Below, one piece after another: positions 1 to 10,900 of a stretch of 64,000 nt of DNA (its first letter is position 1; each line of letters starts with the position of its first letter). The DNA lies in IMG/VR virus record IMGVR_UViG_3300021254_000021, positions 96,001 through 160,000 of that record; one strand, written 5' to 3'. The notes under the pieces were generated by a model. It was not told where the DNA came from and did no database searches. It saw nothing but the letters and a program-made list of their open reading frames with translations. A program made the position numbers and the translations under genes. Source of the DNA: a virus (taxonomy: Duplodnaviria; Caudoviricetes).

Positions 1-50
1 AAGACTGGATTTCAAGAGATGATTCTACTGGTATTATCCCTGACTATATT

Positions 51-743
51 GTGGCTGATCGTGGTGGGTTTGACCCTTCCATAGAGCCTACGGATTCCTC
101 TCAATATCTTTCCTTTGCCTACAATTACCATATTTATAAAGGAATACACCAAGTAGGTGGACAGCCTGTAAGTGAAGTGCCATTAGGTTTGTTATCCTTT
201 ATCCAAGGCTCTGCCCAGTTTGTAGAGCCACTAGAAAGAGAAGAATCTGATACACCACTAGACACTATCCGTACCTTTAAATATGGTTCTCATTATTGGA
301 GAATTGTACAGGACTCACAGATAAACAGAAACAACCTGCCTCACTTTGTTTTATTGACTGTCAGTGTATTTCCAAATGAATTAGTACTGTCCTCTTTAGT
401 GGAAAACCAACTGCCTGTAAGACAAGTTACCGTATTTAAATTCCCTGATTCCCTCGTACAGACTTTAAATTTAAATATGACTCCTTTACCAAGAAGCTCT
501 CAGGTTTTACGTAGGGAGAGGATAAATATCGTGACACGTGATCCCTCTACGGGTAATCCGTCCTACCAATATTCGGATGGTAATCCTGATGGAATTGTGA
601 ATATCCCCATTCATTGTCAGAATCCTTTAGACCCTAATCTTCAGAATAGTGATACCGCAGAGATGCTTATTAACGATTATATGACAGCACGTAAGCGTGA
701 TGTGCAACAAACAGATCGCTATGGCTACATTATAGGATTCTAG
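51..743 (+). CDS. hypothetical protein, probably virion structural; may begin upstream of the window
   Basis: 230-aa ORF, frame open towards the window start, co-oriented with a tail-fibre-like gene. Confidence 0.6.
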   Translation: MADRGGFDPSIEPTDSSQYLSFAYNYHIYKGIHQVGGQPVSEVPLGLLSFIQGSAQFVEPLEREESDTPLDTIRTFKYGSHYWRIVQDSQINRNNLPHFVLLTVSVFPNELVLSSLVENQLPVRQVTVFKFPDSLVQTLNLNMTPLPRSSQVLRRERINIVTRDPSTGNPSYQYSDGNPDGIVNIPIHCQNPLDPNLQNSDTAEMLINDYMTARKRDVQQTDRYGYIIGF

Positions 744-753
744 GGGGTTTGGT

Positions 754-1776
754 ATGAAGATTAAAACACCAGAATATATAGAATTAGCCACTAACTCTAT
801 ATTCTCTATGAAACAGGAAAATGAATATTCTACGTTAGTTATTAACTCTGATGCTGATTTACAAGTGTATCAGTTTGACTGTTATTCAATACAAAGTAGT
901 GATTATATAAATTGTGGCGGTTCTTTTACCTGTAATGGTAGTTTAAAGAGTGGTAGTGCAGAAGTAACATCATTAAAAGTAAAACAAGCAGGAAATGGTG
1001 TAACTCTAAGTAATTTTTCAAGTTCTTTAGTATCTGATGGAAATATAATTCCTAATACTACAGGAGCTTGTGATTTAGGTGGATCTAATTTTAGATGGAA
1101 TAATGTGTATTCTTTAAATGTTGATGCACAACAGATTGATATTATACACTCTATTGTTCCTACCTCTAATAATACAGCAAGCATTGGACAATCATATCAG
1201 AGATTCAACAATGCTTATATAAATCATATTGAAACAACGGATATTACAATACCCTATGGCAGTGATTCTTTTGTGATAAAGGTTGAGAATGGTCAATTCT
1301 CTGTAAATACCGGGATCTACCCAACAGGATCTTTTGATCTTGGTACAGTCTCTAATATGTGGCGTACCCTGTATGCACTGGAGATAGATTTAGATCCAAC
1401 CAATACGGTTAAATTGTATGAGGATGATGGAGATCTTATTCTACAGCCTAAAGTAAATGGAGCGGTCTATATTGGCACATCCACAAATACACATGGTGAT
1501 TTATACGCAAAAAAACTTCATGGATGTCTTGAAACACTTTATGATCCTAATTTTAGCGTAGGTTCATTGGCAGAAATCCAAGTTGCGAATATAACGGACA
1601 GTGCGCCCGTTACCCTAACTCGTGCCTATCTCGTGCAGAATGGCGAAATAACGGAGCTAAATAAACGCATTTCTGTCACCGTGGACGGAGTTGCTGCTAA
1701 TGGTAAATGGCGGATATTGAATAGTGTCACATTCACAGGAACACCTGCTAAAGTCATGGCTGTAAGGGTTGAGTAA
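754..1776 (+). CDS. tail fibre/receptor-binding-like structural protein
   Basis: Three repeats of type IxP....DLG....RW..VY (IIPNTTGACDLGGSNFRWNNVY, IVPTSNNTASIGQSYQRFNNAY, IYPTGSFDLGTVSNMWRTLY), typical of phage fibre shafts; S/T/G/N-rich. Confidence 0.6.
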   Translation: MKIKTPEYIELATNSIFSMKQENEYSTLVINSDADLQVYQFDCYSIQSSDYINCGGSFTCNGSLKSGSAEVTSLKVKQAGNGVTLSNFSSSLVSDGNIIPNTTGACDLGGSNFRWNNVYSLNVDAQQIDIIHSIVPTSNNTASIGQSYQRFNNAYINHIETTDITIPYGSDSFVIKVENGQFSVNTGIYPTGSFDLGTVSNMWRTLYALEIDLDPTNTVKLYEDDGDLILQPKVNGAVYIGTSTNTHGDLYAKKLHGCLETLYDPNFSVGSLAEIQVANITDSAPVTLTRAYLVQNGEITELNKRISVTVDGVAANGKWRILNSVTFTGTPAKVMAVRVE

Positions 1777-1843
1777 GTTTTTAGATGGTGGCGTTATTAA
1801 AAGATAGAAAGAATTATCCTCGCAAGAGATAGGAGTAATATAT

Positions 1844-3373
1844 ATGTCAATAGAAACACTCTCTACATTATTCCCTCTTATAGACGATCCTGCGAATATT
1901 TTTTATTCTAGGCTTAAGTCTTTTTTTCTTTCACAGTTCCCTTCTTTCCTGCAAGTAAAGTGCTTAAATAGAGTGAAGCGTTTGGTAGAGATTCACCTTC
2001 CCTACACTTCACAGATTTGGAAAGTTAAATTTGATAGTAGAAAACTCCCCACTTCTGTTAAGGAAGGGTTAGATCAAGGAAAGACGTATGGAGTTTACGC
2101 AGAGATTGTTCTTAATAAAACAAGACTTGCTAATTATGAAACAACCATGTCTGGTGAGGAAATTCCAGTAGATGAAATTATTTATAGCATTAACAATATA
2201 TACAACCGTCCAAAATATATAGAGTCAAAAGAAAGAGTTTTAGTAGAGGTACGTACAACCAGTATAAGTATCTTTGTTAGAATAAGTAATTCCTTAACAA
2301 AATATTACCGCTATTTCTACGAGGGGTTAGACAAGACCTCTTATAAAGATACATATACCTCTCTTTATAAGCCTGTTATAGGTAGAAAGATCAGATTTTA
2401 TTCTGAGGATCGTACAGACATCGAGCCCGGGCAAGTCGTAGAGTTATGGCAATGGGATCTTTATGATATAGACTCTGATTATAATGAGACTCTAATTGAT
2501 TCCTTCTCTGTTGATAAGGATGCTAGTAATAATATTATCCAAGATAGTTGTAAATCATGTGGATATAAGTATATGTGGCCTCTTACTTATGGCCCATCTG
2601 TGGATCACCCTATACGCCTAACATTCTGTAAGGAAAAATATAGTGCTACTCCTTATGATACATCAGAACCCTTCGAGGTAACGGTTATGGAACATTCATT
2701 TGCTTCTGCAAATGACCCTGTGGACATCTTTCTATACCCTCTAACCGATGCGTACTTTGATAATCGAGGTTTATGTACAGATCCTTTAGGTTGGGTTTGT
2801 AATCATATTCGTATAGGTACTAAAGGAGATGATGTAAGGAGACGATACTATAAAGAGGAGATAGCTTTAGCTCTTTGCTTCTTATTGAATATTAACTTTA
2901 GATTCCTTTATTCCTATTTTGATGCTCCTGATTACCTGTCCTGTATTAACATAAAGACCAATTGTGTTAATGTTCCTCAAGAGGACTTTGGTCGTAGAAT
3001 TACCGTACCTGATAATATGGATAATGGTTATGGATATACACAGTCTTATGCTTTAGCAGAGATGGCTAAGGTTTATTTTGAAGAACCTTTTGGTTTACAG
3101 AGAACGATAGACCCAACTTCCACAAATGTACCATTGGTACAGAATAGTTTGGTTTATGGTTATGAGTCTCCATTTACAAGGTTTAGACAGGAGAATCAAA
3201 ATCTTTTAAATAATATGAGATCCGCTTTTAGTAATGGTGATAATATTTACATTAAATGTAAATATCCATCTACCACAGAAACTCTACATACAATACAGGA
3301 ATTGATTAAGAGTAATCGTATAGAATCTCTCACGTCACCCAACTATATTAATAGTAGCCTTTTATTTGAGTAA
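1844..3373 (+). CDS. hypothetical protein (structural region)
   Basis: 509-aa ORF with AGGAG SD. Confidence 0.7.
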   Translation: MSIETLSTLFPLIDDPANIFYSRLKSFFLSQFPSFLQVKCLNRVKRLVEIHLPYTSQIWKVKFDSRKLPTSVKEGLDQGKTYGVYAEIVLNKTRLANYETTMSGEEIPVDEIIYSINNIYNRPKYIESKERVLVEVRTTSISIFVRISNSLTKYYRYFYEGLDKTSYKDTYTSLYKPVIGRKIRFYSEDRTDIEPGQVVELWQWDLYDIDSDYNETLIDSFSVDKDASNNIIQDSCKSCGYKYMWPLTYGPSVDHPIRLTFCKEKYSATPYDTSEPFEVTVMEHSFASANDPVDIFLYPLTDAYFDNRGLCTDPLGWVCNHIRIGTKGDDVRRRYYKEEIALALCFLLNINFRFLYSYFDAPDYLSCINIKTNCVNVPQEDFGRRITVPDNMDNGYGYTQSYALAEMAKVYFEEPFGLQRTIDPTSTNVPLVQNSLVYGYESPFTRFRQENQNLLNNMRSAFSNGDNIYIKCKYPSTTETLHTIQELIKSNRIESLTSPNYINSSLLFE

Positions 3374-3385
3374 GGAGATATAACA

Positions 3386-4081
3386 ATGATAAATTCTGGT
3401 TTAGAATTTACCTTTATTAGAGAAGGGGAGAATTACAACGTACAAGATGTATTCTCTTTCTCCCCACTAGGGAAACATAAAGGAAGTTTAAATTCAGCAC
3501 TAACAGATTCTTATTTTGAATTTCCTTTTTTCAACCTAGTGCAGAATACTCCATTTAAAGTAACTCTTTATAATGAAAAGCCAACAAGTATTGGAATGAG
3601 AGAGTTCTATTTAAGAGAGATTTCTAAGACATGGATAACTCTAGCTAGAATCTATAATGCTATGGTTAATAAAGGATTTACAATTCCTGATAGAATCTCC
3701 TATACTCCGTGCTTTGTACCAAATATTTACTATATAAATAAGTGTTATGAATCATACCTCTTTTTTGAAAATTATGTTGGTAGTGATGGACAGGTAGTAG
3801 CTAATAAAGCGGATTACTTGATCTTTTTTCCACTAATCTTTACGCATATTTCAAATGGATATATCTCTATAAACCCAATGTATATGTTTAAAGAACTAGT
3901 AGATACACTTAGTCCATTTTATTCTAATGTGGAAATGGATTATGAAGTATTCTTATTAACAAAGTCTAACTTTTCTCCTGATAGTTCCCCAGAGTTCTTG
4001 GGACTTCCTGTATTTGAGCTTTCTAAAGGAAATAATATTCCGAATATAATTCCTGATAAATTTAACTTGGATAGGTGGTAA
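3386..4081 (+). CDS. hypothetical protein
   Basis: 231-aa ORF with AAGGAG SD. Confidence 0.7.
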   Translation: MINSGLEFTFIREGENYNVQDVFSFSPLGKHKGSLNSALTDSYFEFPFFNLVQNTPFKVTLYNEKPTSIGMREFYLREISKTWITLARIYNAMVNKGFTIPDRISYTPCFVPNIYYINKCYESYLFFENYVGSDGQVVANKADYLIFFPLIFTHISNGYISINPMYMFKELVDTLSPFYSNVEMDYEVFLLTKSNFSPDSSPEFLGLPVFELSKGNNIPNIIPDKFNLDRW

Positions 4082-4084
4082 GCC

Positions 4085-5299
4085 ATGACAAAGATGAAAG
4101 GAAGACGAAAGAAGTTTACTATTTTAAATCAGCTTTATCGTCGTTTTACAAATAGACGGCGTGGGTACACTCCAAGAAAGATAGACTTAAAGAAAGTTAC
4201 ATACCCTTTTTCCTATACTGTAAGTTTGGGTGTAAAATCTTTTCCATTATTTAATGGTATAAATCGTATCTACTCTCTACCACAAACTCTTAATTTACAT
4301 TTGCGTGAAAAAGCATTTCTTCTAGACCAGTATAGCTTTAGTAATCCACAGTCTTTAATAACCTTAGCTTCTACTCTTAGTAAAGATAACATAGCTATAT
4401 GTACATATAGCTCGGATAGTGAGTATATATATGATTTTCCTTTTAGAAAGAAGAGTAGTCTCACTACAATACATTATGATCAACCTAAACAACAAATAAC
4501 GGAGAGATTGTTACCCGGTGTGTACTTTACAAGAGAGCATAGATGGGGGTATACATTGGAATATTCAGATACTATTCATCTTTATGAGAGAGATGTTAAT
4601 GAAGGCTTGGATGAGTCTATGTATTCTGTAAGAGAATCAGCTATTTACATTCCTTTTGATGCGATAGAAACTCCAATCTTACAAGCGTATGTTCCAATAA
4701 GATTGGGTACTAAAGTTAATCTTAGTTCTAGTAATATTAGAAAAACAAGTAATGGTTTTGATATGTGTGTTCCTTTAGATTTACATTCAGATGAGTGTTA
4801 CTGGATGGGAATTAATATTGACTGTAATAAAGAACATAAGGCATCACGAAACTATTCTGAACCTGTATATCAGGCTAAGGACTTCTTAGAAGTAGAATAT
4901 ATTGCTGAGATAGCTAGGCAATACTTTGTTACACAACAAACTACACCAACTTATTGGTTAATATACAGAAGTATAATTGATCCTATTATAACTACAAGGA
5001 CATTTAATTCTTATAAAATGCAAGGGTTTACTAACCTTAATGTTGGTAGTGATATGCAGAATCAGGGTAGTAATGTTAGATCAAAGTATATGTCTTCCTT
5101 AACTAATAGTGCTTATCTTTGTAGTGTTAGGCAGTATGTTTCTTATGGCACTCCAAAATTAGAGGGGTTTATTCTAGGTGAATATTCAAAAAGTTCCGTT
5201 ACTACGGCCTCTTATAAATACTTTAATAAGGAAGCTAGAGAGGCTTTAGAGAGACTTGCTGTACCCGTTGGAGAGCAATTCCCAATTTCTAACTTTTAA
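4085..5299 (+). CDS. hypothetical protein
   Basis: 404-aa ORF, tightly coupled to the previous gene. Confidence 0.7.
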   Translation: MTKMKGRRKKFTILNQLYRRFTNRRRGYTPRKIDLKKVTYPFSYTVSLGVKSFPLFNGINRIYSLPQTLNLHLREKAFLLDQYSFSNPQSLITLASTLSKDNIAICTYSSDSEYIYDFPFRKKSSLTTIHYDQPKQQITERLLPGVYFTREHRWGYTLEYSDTIHLYERDVNEGLDESMYSVRESAIYIPFDAIETPILQAYVPIRLGTKVNLSSSNIRKTSNGFDMCVPLDLHSDECYWMGINIDCNKEHKASRNYSEPVYQAKDFLEVEYIAEIARQYFVTQQTTPTYWLIYRSIIDPIITTRTFNSYKMQGFTNLNVGSDMQNQGSNVRSKYMSSLTNSAYLCSVRQYVSYGTPKLEGFILGEYSKSSVTTASYKYFNKEAREALERLAVPVGEQFPISNF

Positions 5300-5414
5300 G
5301 AAAAATTTTTAGATTTTATATCTACCTATATGATAGGGGTCTATTCATAAAGAAATTACCTTTTAGCCCTTCGGGGTTTTCTGGTGGCCTCTGTCTATCT
5401 TCTTTAAGGCAAGA

Positions 5415-6269
5415 ATGAGCAGTATTCTTATTGATACTTCTAATCTGTTGTATCGTGGTTATTATTCCTTCCCTAATCATCCTTGTGGAGAAGTTTTCTT
5501 TACATTGACCACAATACGATCTTATTTAACAAACCCTACCTCTCATGTTTACCTTTGTTTGGATGGAACACCTAAAGGTAAACAGATAAATGAGGCATAT
5601 AAAGCTAACAGGGATCATGGAGAGGTTTCCGTTTATCGTTATCTGCCCCAATTGGTTTATATGCTTCAAAACTTACACAGGGTGCATATAGCTTATAATC
5701 CTGATTTGGAAGCGGATGAGGTTATCTTTTCCCTTACACGTATATTAGAGGGGAACAAACTGATTGTATCTACGGATAATGACCTCTTACAGTCTTTAAA
5801 AGAGGACACAGAAATACAGAGACAGGATAAAATAATCAATGAACAGTATTATAGGACGGAGATGGTGCAGAAGTTCCATTCTGTCACGCCATCCCGTTTA
5901 CCTGTATATAGAGCTATTGTCGGAGATAGCTCAGATAATTTAAAACCCCCTGTACCCCGTTTCCCTAAAGAATTAGCCGCGTTAATTGCAGAGAGTATTG
6001 ATTATGATGGAACTGTCCCAACTAAAGAGAGACTGCAAGCTCTTTTTCAGTCTTTTGATAATCTTACTAAGTCAAAGAAAGAAAAGTTAGACCTCTTATT
6101 AGAGAACTATCACAGCTTTAGCACCAACTTTGAAATTATGAAGCTGAATGTGCATACCGATTTAAACTACCCATTCCTAAAAGAGAATCCCATAATACCA
6201 AACTTTCCCTCTGGCGTTATGGGTGTCTTTAAAACAATTAAATTATTGGATGCTAACCAAGAATGTTAG
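5415..6269 (+). CDS. 5'-3' exonuclease / flap endonuclease (T4 RNase H or PolI 5' nuclease family)
   Basis: Motifs LIDTSNLLYRGYY, YKANR, EADEVI, STDNDLLQ, GDSSDN. Confidence 0.9.
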   Translation: MSSILIDTSNLLYRGYYSFPNHPCGEVFFTLTTIRSYLTNPTSHVYLCLDGTPKGKQINEAYKANRDHGEVSVYRYLPQLVYMLQNLHRVHIAYNPDLEADEVIFSLTRILEGNKLIVSTDNDLLQSLKEDTEIQRQDKIINEQYYRTEMVQKFHSVTPSRLPVYRAIVGDSSDNLKPPVPRFPKELAALIAESIDYDGTVPTKERLQALFQSFDNLTKSKKEKLDLLLENYHSFSTNFEIMKLNVHTDLNYPFLKENPIIPNFPSGVMGVFKTIKLLDANQEC

Positions 6270-6529
6270 TTTATTTTATTGGCCTTATAGGAAATTTATT
6301 CTTCGGCTTTAAGTCTTTATTCCAAGTTATAGCCTGTATAAGGAAACATAGCACAAAGGGTTTGTCCACAGGAATGTTGATTACAGATTTCTTAGGGAAC
6401 ATCTTCTGCGCTTCCTTTATTTTTCTTACTACGGGCTTTACTCTCTGGCCTCAATTTGTGAACTATTTCTTTGCAACTCTATGGCTGATTATCCTTTTTG
6501 CTCTAAAGATTCTCTACAAATCTAAGTAA
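6263..6529 (+). CDS. PQ-loop/SemiSWEET-like small membrane transporter
   Basis: 88 aa with three hydrophobic helices; IGLIG...xQV...IR.HST.GLS pattern (FQ in place of PQ). Confidence 0.7.
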   Translation: MLVYFIGLIGNLFFGFKSLFQVIACIRKHSTKGLSTGMLITDFLGNIFCASFIFLTTGFTLWPQFVNYFFATLWLIILFALKILYKSK

Positions 6530-6553
6530 TATAGGGAGTCTTTTAGATGGGAG

Positions 6554-7039
6554 GTGCTTATGTCAGCTATCATCATATCCGCATTCTTTTGTTGTGGTAA
6601 AACAACATTTGCTAACAATCACCCAGAAATGAAGGTGATTGATATGGAAGGGGAAGATTGGCTTAAAACAAAGAAAGGGGTGTTTAATCCAAAGTGGCCA
6701 AACAACTACATTCAGGCTATAAAAGGAAACCTTAATCAGTACGATGTTATCTTTGTTTCCTCGAATGGTAGTGTAAGGAGTGCATTGGCGAAAGAAAAAA
6801 TACCTTATGTTTTAGTCTATCCAGAGAATACCCCAGAGTGCTATAATGAATGGAACAAGAGGTGTTGCTCTAGGGGAACACCACGTCTTTGGGAATGTTT
6901 TATCTCTACACACTGGCAGAAAGTACTGCATTACTTTAAACAAGACCCTTCGGCAATAAGACACTATAAATTACAGGCTAATGAGTATTTAGACACTGTG
7001 GTTATGAAAGAGTTGGAACTTAGGAATACAGGAAAATAA
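6554..7039 (+). CDS. P-loop NTPase, nucleotide-kinase-like
   Basis: N-terminal IISAFFCCGKTT Walker-A variant; WP.NYI and PY.LVYP blocks seen in phage kinase-like proteins. Confidence 0.6.
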   Translation: MLMSAIIISAFFCCGKTTFANNHPEMKVIDMEGEDWLKTKKGVFNPKWPNNYIQAIKGNLNQYDVIFVSSNGSVRSALAKEKIPYVLVYPENTPECYNEWNKRCCSRGTPRLWECFISTHWQKVLHYFKQDPSAIRHYKLQANEYLDTVVMKELELRNTGK

Positions 7040-7040
7040 A

Positions 7041-9494
7041 ATGGCTTATACACTATACCCTACACAGGAAAAGGCATTAGAGAAACTTTACACTATGAGA
7101 TCTGCGGTAATTGCTCTAATGCCTGGTAATGGCAAAACGATTATCTCTTTACATTTAGCAAAACACCTTCAAGATAAAGAAGCTGTCTGCACAATATTCT
7201 GTATTCCTAAATCAGCTAGGGCGGCGTTTGAAAAAGAGATGAAGCTAAAGTTGGAAGCTCCATACCTTATGATTAATACAGACAGTCCCTTAGAGGATCG
7301 ATCTCTCTTATATAAGTATTCCTTTATCTTTATCGAGTTTTCTGTCTTAGGCAATTATATTGATGATTTGGTTGAGCTAACTAAAGTAACTCCCTCTTAC
7401 ATATTCATAGATGAGGCTCATGCCTTATGTTCACCTAAATCAGCACAAACTACATACATGAGAATGATACGGCAGAATTGTAGAGGATGTTATGCTATTA
7501 GTGCTACCCCTTTAGTCACTTCTATAGAAGGATTGTTCCATCTTTACAGTTTTACTTTCCCAACTGTAAGAATATTTCAGTCTTGGTTTAAATTTCGTAA
7601 TCAATACTGCATTACGCAGGATAGAACCATAAGGATGATGGGGAAGAAAAGAATCATAAAAGAGATTGTTGGTTATAAGAATATGAAGGAGCTGAATGAT
7701 ATTCTGGATAAAATAACGATAAAAGGAGCTACTGAATATGATGTAGATTACCAATTTAAAAAAGTTCCATTAGATGATGATAGATTAGAGCAATATAAAC
7801 TAGCGGCTAAAGGATTATTGGTTACAGAGGAAGAGAAGGAGTGGGGGCCTCGACTTCATGATCTTCAACGTGTCGTAGATGGTTTGCCACAAAATGAAGA
7901 GCCTGTTAAGGAATACAATAAAACACGCTTACTATTAGACACTGTAAAAGAGATAATGGGTAGGAATGAAGCTACTCTTATTTATGTAGAATATATGGAC
8001 ACCATAGATTACTTAAAAGAGATACTAAGTAATCATAAGGATGAACTGAACTATAACTCTATTATGGTTTTGTCTGGTCAGGAAAAAGAGGACAAAAGAC
8101 AAAAGATTGAGCAGGAATTATCGGACAGGGATATTGTTATTATCACCAAAGCAGGAAGACAGTGTTTTGGTAAAGGAACAGAAATATTGATGGCAGATGG
8201 AACTATAAAGAAAGTGGAGGATATAATAGTAGGTGATCAGGTAATGGGAATGGACAGTAAACCTAGAGTAGTTAAGGAGTTACATTCAGGAATTGATGAT
8301 CTTTATATAGTACATCAAAATAAATCTAGTGATTATGTAGTAAATTCTGAGCATATTTTAAGTGTACGAAATACTATAAGATATAAAGTGAGGGTTAATA
8401 AAAATTCTTATTTACATCAAGATGTTTTGGACTTACCTATTAAGGAGTATATGAATCTTTCTTCTTATAAAAGAACGGTATTACGTGGATTTAAGACAGG
8501 TTTTTTAGGAGAAGAAAAAGATTTACCAATACCACCGTATATTTTAGGTATATGGTTAGGTGATGGTACGAAAAAACGTCCAGAAATAACCATAAATAAT
8601 AAGGATATAGAAATATATAATGAATGGAAATTTTATGGAGAATCTATTGGACTAGAAGCTACAATAGAAGATAAACGAGAGAAATCTTTTAGGAGTTATT
8701 TAACCTCACATATAAATGGAAAGACAAATCCATTTACACAATTAATAAAAAAAGTAATTGGAGAGGAAAAAAATATCCCTGAAATATATTTAACATCTTC
8801 ACGTAAACAAAGATTGGAGCTACTAGCAGGTTTGATTGATACAGATGGTAATAAGCATAGAGAAGGGTTAGCTATATCTAGTGTATTTCCACAAATAGCC
8901 TTTAGCATAAAGAGACTTTGTGATGGGTTAGGGTATCATACACACATAAAAAAAAGTTATAAAAAAACAGCATATAAAGAGTCGTATATTTATACTATAG
9001 GCATCTCCGGGTATTTTGATGATTTACCTCTTAGGATAAAAAGAAAGATTCCTGAAAAAAGAAATCCCAAAACGGACTATGCGGCTTCCTCTTTAAAGAT
9101 AGAATATAAAGGAGTTGGAGAATTTTATGGTTTTGAAATAGAAGGTGATCCACATTTTCAGTTAGCTGATGGAACTATTGTACATAATTCGAGAAATTTG
9201 CAAAGGTCGAATAACCTTATTATGTATAACATTCCTTATTCCTTATCCGACTTTATTCAATTATCAGGACGGATTTGTCGTGTAGATACCACCTTCGACA
9301 AACAACACTTTTACATCTTAGAGGTGGAGCAAACTATCGACTCTTATCGTATAGCACTCTTTAAGGATCATCTCTCTTTATTAGATCGTCTTTTAGGTAA
9401 AGAGTGTAGGGGAACATTAACCTGTGATTACGTAGAGATAGACCGTATGAAGATGAAAGATTTGAAACGGTCTTTATTATGGAGAACAAGATGA
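7041..9494 (+). CDS. superfamily 2 (SNF2-like/DEAH) helicase containing an intein
   Basis: Walker A MPGNGKT, DEAH, SATP; motif V restored after splicing (KAGRQ|SRNLQ); motif VI QLSGRICR. Confidence 0.9.
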   Translation: MAYTLYPTQEKALEKLYTMRSAVIALMPGNGKTIISLHLAKHLQDKEAVCTIFCIPKSARAAFEKEMKLKLEAPYLMINTDSPLEDRSLLYKYSFIFIEFSVLGNYIDDLVELTKVTPSYIFIDEAHALCSPKSAQTTYMRMIRQNCRGCYAISATPLVTSIEGLFHLYSFTFPTVRIFQSWFKFRNQYCITQDRTIRMMGKKRIIKEIVGYKNMKELNDILDKITIKGATEYDVDYQFKKVPLDDDRLEQYKLAAKGLLVTEEEKEWGPRLHDLQRVVDGLPQNEEPVKEYNKTRLLLDTVKEIMGRNEATLIYVEYMDTIDYLKEILSNHKDELNYNSIMVLSGQEKEDKRQKIEQELSDRDIVIITKAGRQCFGKGTEILMADGTIKKVEDIIVGDQVMGMDSKPRVVKELHSGIDDLYIVHQNKSSDYVVNSEHILSVRNTIRYKVRVNKNSYLHQDVLDLPIKEYMNLSSYKRTVLRGFKTGFLGEEKDLPIPPYILGIWLGDGTKKRPEITINNKDIEIYNEWKFYGESIGLEATIEDKREKSFRSYLTSHINGKTNPFTQLIKKVIGEEKNIPEIYLTSSRKQRLELLAGLIDTDGNKHREGLAISSVFPQIAFSIKRLCDGLGYHTHIKKSYKKTAYKESYIYTIGISGYFDDLPLRIKRKIPEKRNPKTDYAASSLKIEYKGVGEFYGFEIEGDPHFQLADGTIVHNSRNLQRSNNLIMYNIPYSLSDFIQLSGRICRVDTTFDKQHFYILEVEQTIDSYRIALFKDHLSLLDRLLGKECRGTLTCDYVEIDRMKMKDLKRSLLWRTR
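8163..9188 (+). mobile_element. intein with LAGLIDADG homing endonuclease (342 aa)
   Basis: Begins CFGKGTEILMADG and ends GTIVHN followed by Ser; blocks YILGIWLGDG and LLAGLIDTDG. Confidence 0.95.
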
Positions 9495-10864
9495 CAATAC
9501 CAGAGAATATTGTTCCTAGCCCAAAGGATGTCGGTACATTATTAGGTATATCAAAACTCTTTAATATAAATGATGATCCTTATAATAAGAAACTTACTAT
9601 GCTTTATAAGCAAGTAGGGAAAATGAGGGACATCTTTATCAAAGGCCCTAGTAAATCTGTTAAGAATATTCTTACTATGGATGAGAGTTGGGGCGAGCCT
9701 TTTGAAAAGACTAAAAGTAAGCTGATTGATAAAGGTGTCTATGCCTTTGTTACTAAGGCAGACGGTGAAGGAGCAACTATATGGGGTTTAATTCCAGATG
9801 ATTCTTTTTTAGGTGATAATGAGGCTAAAACACATTCTACTAAGAAAGTAAAGTTAGAGGATGATGGTGATGTCTCACAGCTTAATAAAGAAGCAGATAG
9901 AGAGTTAGCTGATAAGAATGCAGAGACAAATAAAACTAAAAACGATAAAGACAAAGAGGATGATGCGAAAGATGATGCAAGTAGAGAAGATCAATCTTCC
10001 TCTTTAGGGAAACTTACTAAGTTTAATAATACCGTTAAGGGAGATATTAAAGGCCGTCGATGGATGACCGCCTTTAATAATGCACAGAAAGAAATGCCTG
10101 TTGGTGAGAATGGACAGAAAGGAGCGCCTTTTGCCATAGCTTTTGTAGCCAGTTATACCGAGAACTCTATACCTTGGTTTGGTAAAGTAGCTTGGGGTGT
10201 AGCTGTAAAGAATGATGTTATCTCTTTAACACAGATTCCTTTAATGTTACAGGGTAATAAAGATCAATACTTTGTTTGGTCTTTCGTTGCTAAGATTCCT
10301 ATTACTGATTCAGAATTAACTGGTAAATTTGGTAAAGGTGGCGGGGAGTCTAATTATTCTAATTTTAAGAAACTCCGTGACTACCTTAATAAAGAATGTG
10401 AGCCATTAAATGAAAGGGGGGAATACTCTTTTGCTAAAGGTGGTGAGAAAACAACTCAGAGTCCAGATAAGAGTAAGTCTAGACCTGATGAGAAAGGTAA
10501 AGAGGACAGTAAAAACAAGACTGACACACAGAATAAGACTGATAATAAATCGGAAACAAACACTCAATCTAAAACAGACCCTTTACATGCCGCACAACAG
10601 AAATTAAATCAAACCAATACTCAATCAATCAACGACAGCTACATTCACTCTGTTACAGAGTCTATAGAAATAGCTCAATCCTTCTTAATGGATGAAACAT
10701 ATAGGATGTATGAATATAGTGGTTTTGGTAGAAGTAGTGACGACGATGACGGTAAAGCAGATGTTGGATCCGATAGAGCTACATTCCCGTCTGGATCTCC
10801 ATACTTAAATAAGATTAAGAACTCTGGGTATAATGAAGTGCCAATGTTAGGCCCCCTTTATTAA
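9479..10864 (+). CDS. hypothetical protein with low-complexity K/D/T/N linkers
   Basis: 461-aa ORF (likely start ATG 9491) followed by a terminator. Confidence 0.7.
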   Translation: MENKMTIPENIVPSPKDVGTLLGISKLFNINDDPYNKKLTMLYKQVGKMRDIFIKGPSKSVKNILTMDESWGEPFEKTKSKLIDKGVYAFVTKADGEGATIWGLIPDDSFLGDNEAKTHSTKKVKLEDDGDVSQLNKEADRELADKNAETNKTKNDKDKEDDAKDDASREDQSSSLGKLTKFNNTVKGDIKGRRWMTAFNNAQKEMPVGENGQKGAPFAIAFVASYTENSIPWFGKVAWGVAVKNDVISLTQIPLMLQGNKDQYFVWSFVAKIPITDSELTGKFGKGGGESNYSNFKKLRDYLNKECEPLNERGEYSFAKGGEKTTQSPDKSKSRPDEKGKEDSKNKTDTQNKTDNKSETNTQSKTDPLHAAQQKLNQTNTQSINDSYIHSVTESIEIAQSFLMDETYRMYEYSGFGRSSDDDDGKADVGSDRATFPSGSPYLNKIKNSGYNEVPMLGPLY

Positions 10865-10871
10865 GGATGTT

Positions 10872-10900
10872 AAGCTCCTCTTAATGAGGGGCTTTTCTTT
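10872..10900 (+). terminator. intrinsic terminator
   Basis: AAGCTCCTC-ttaat-GAGGGGCTT followed by T-tract. Confidence 0.8.
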
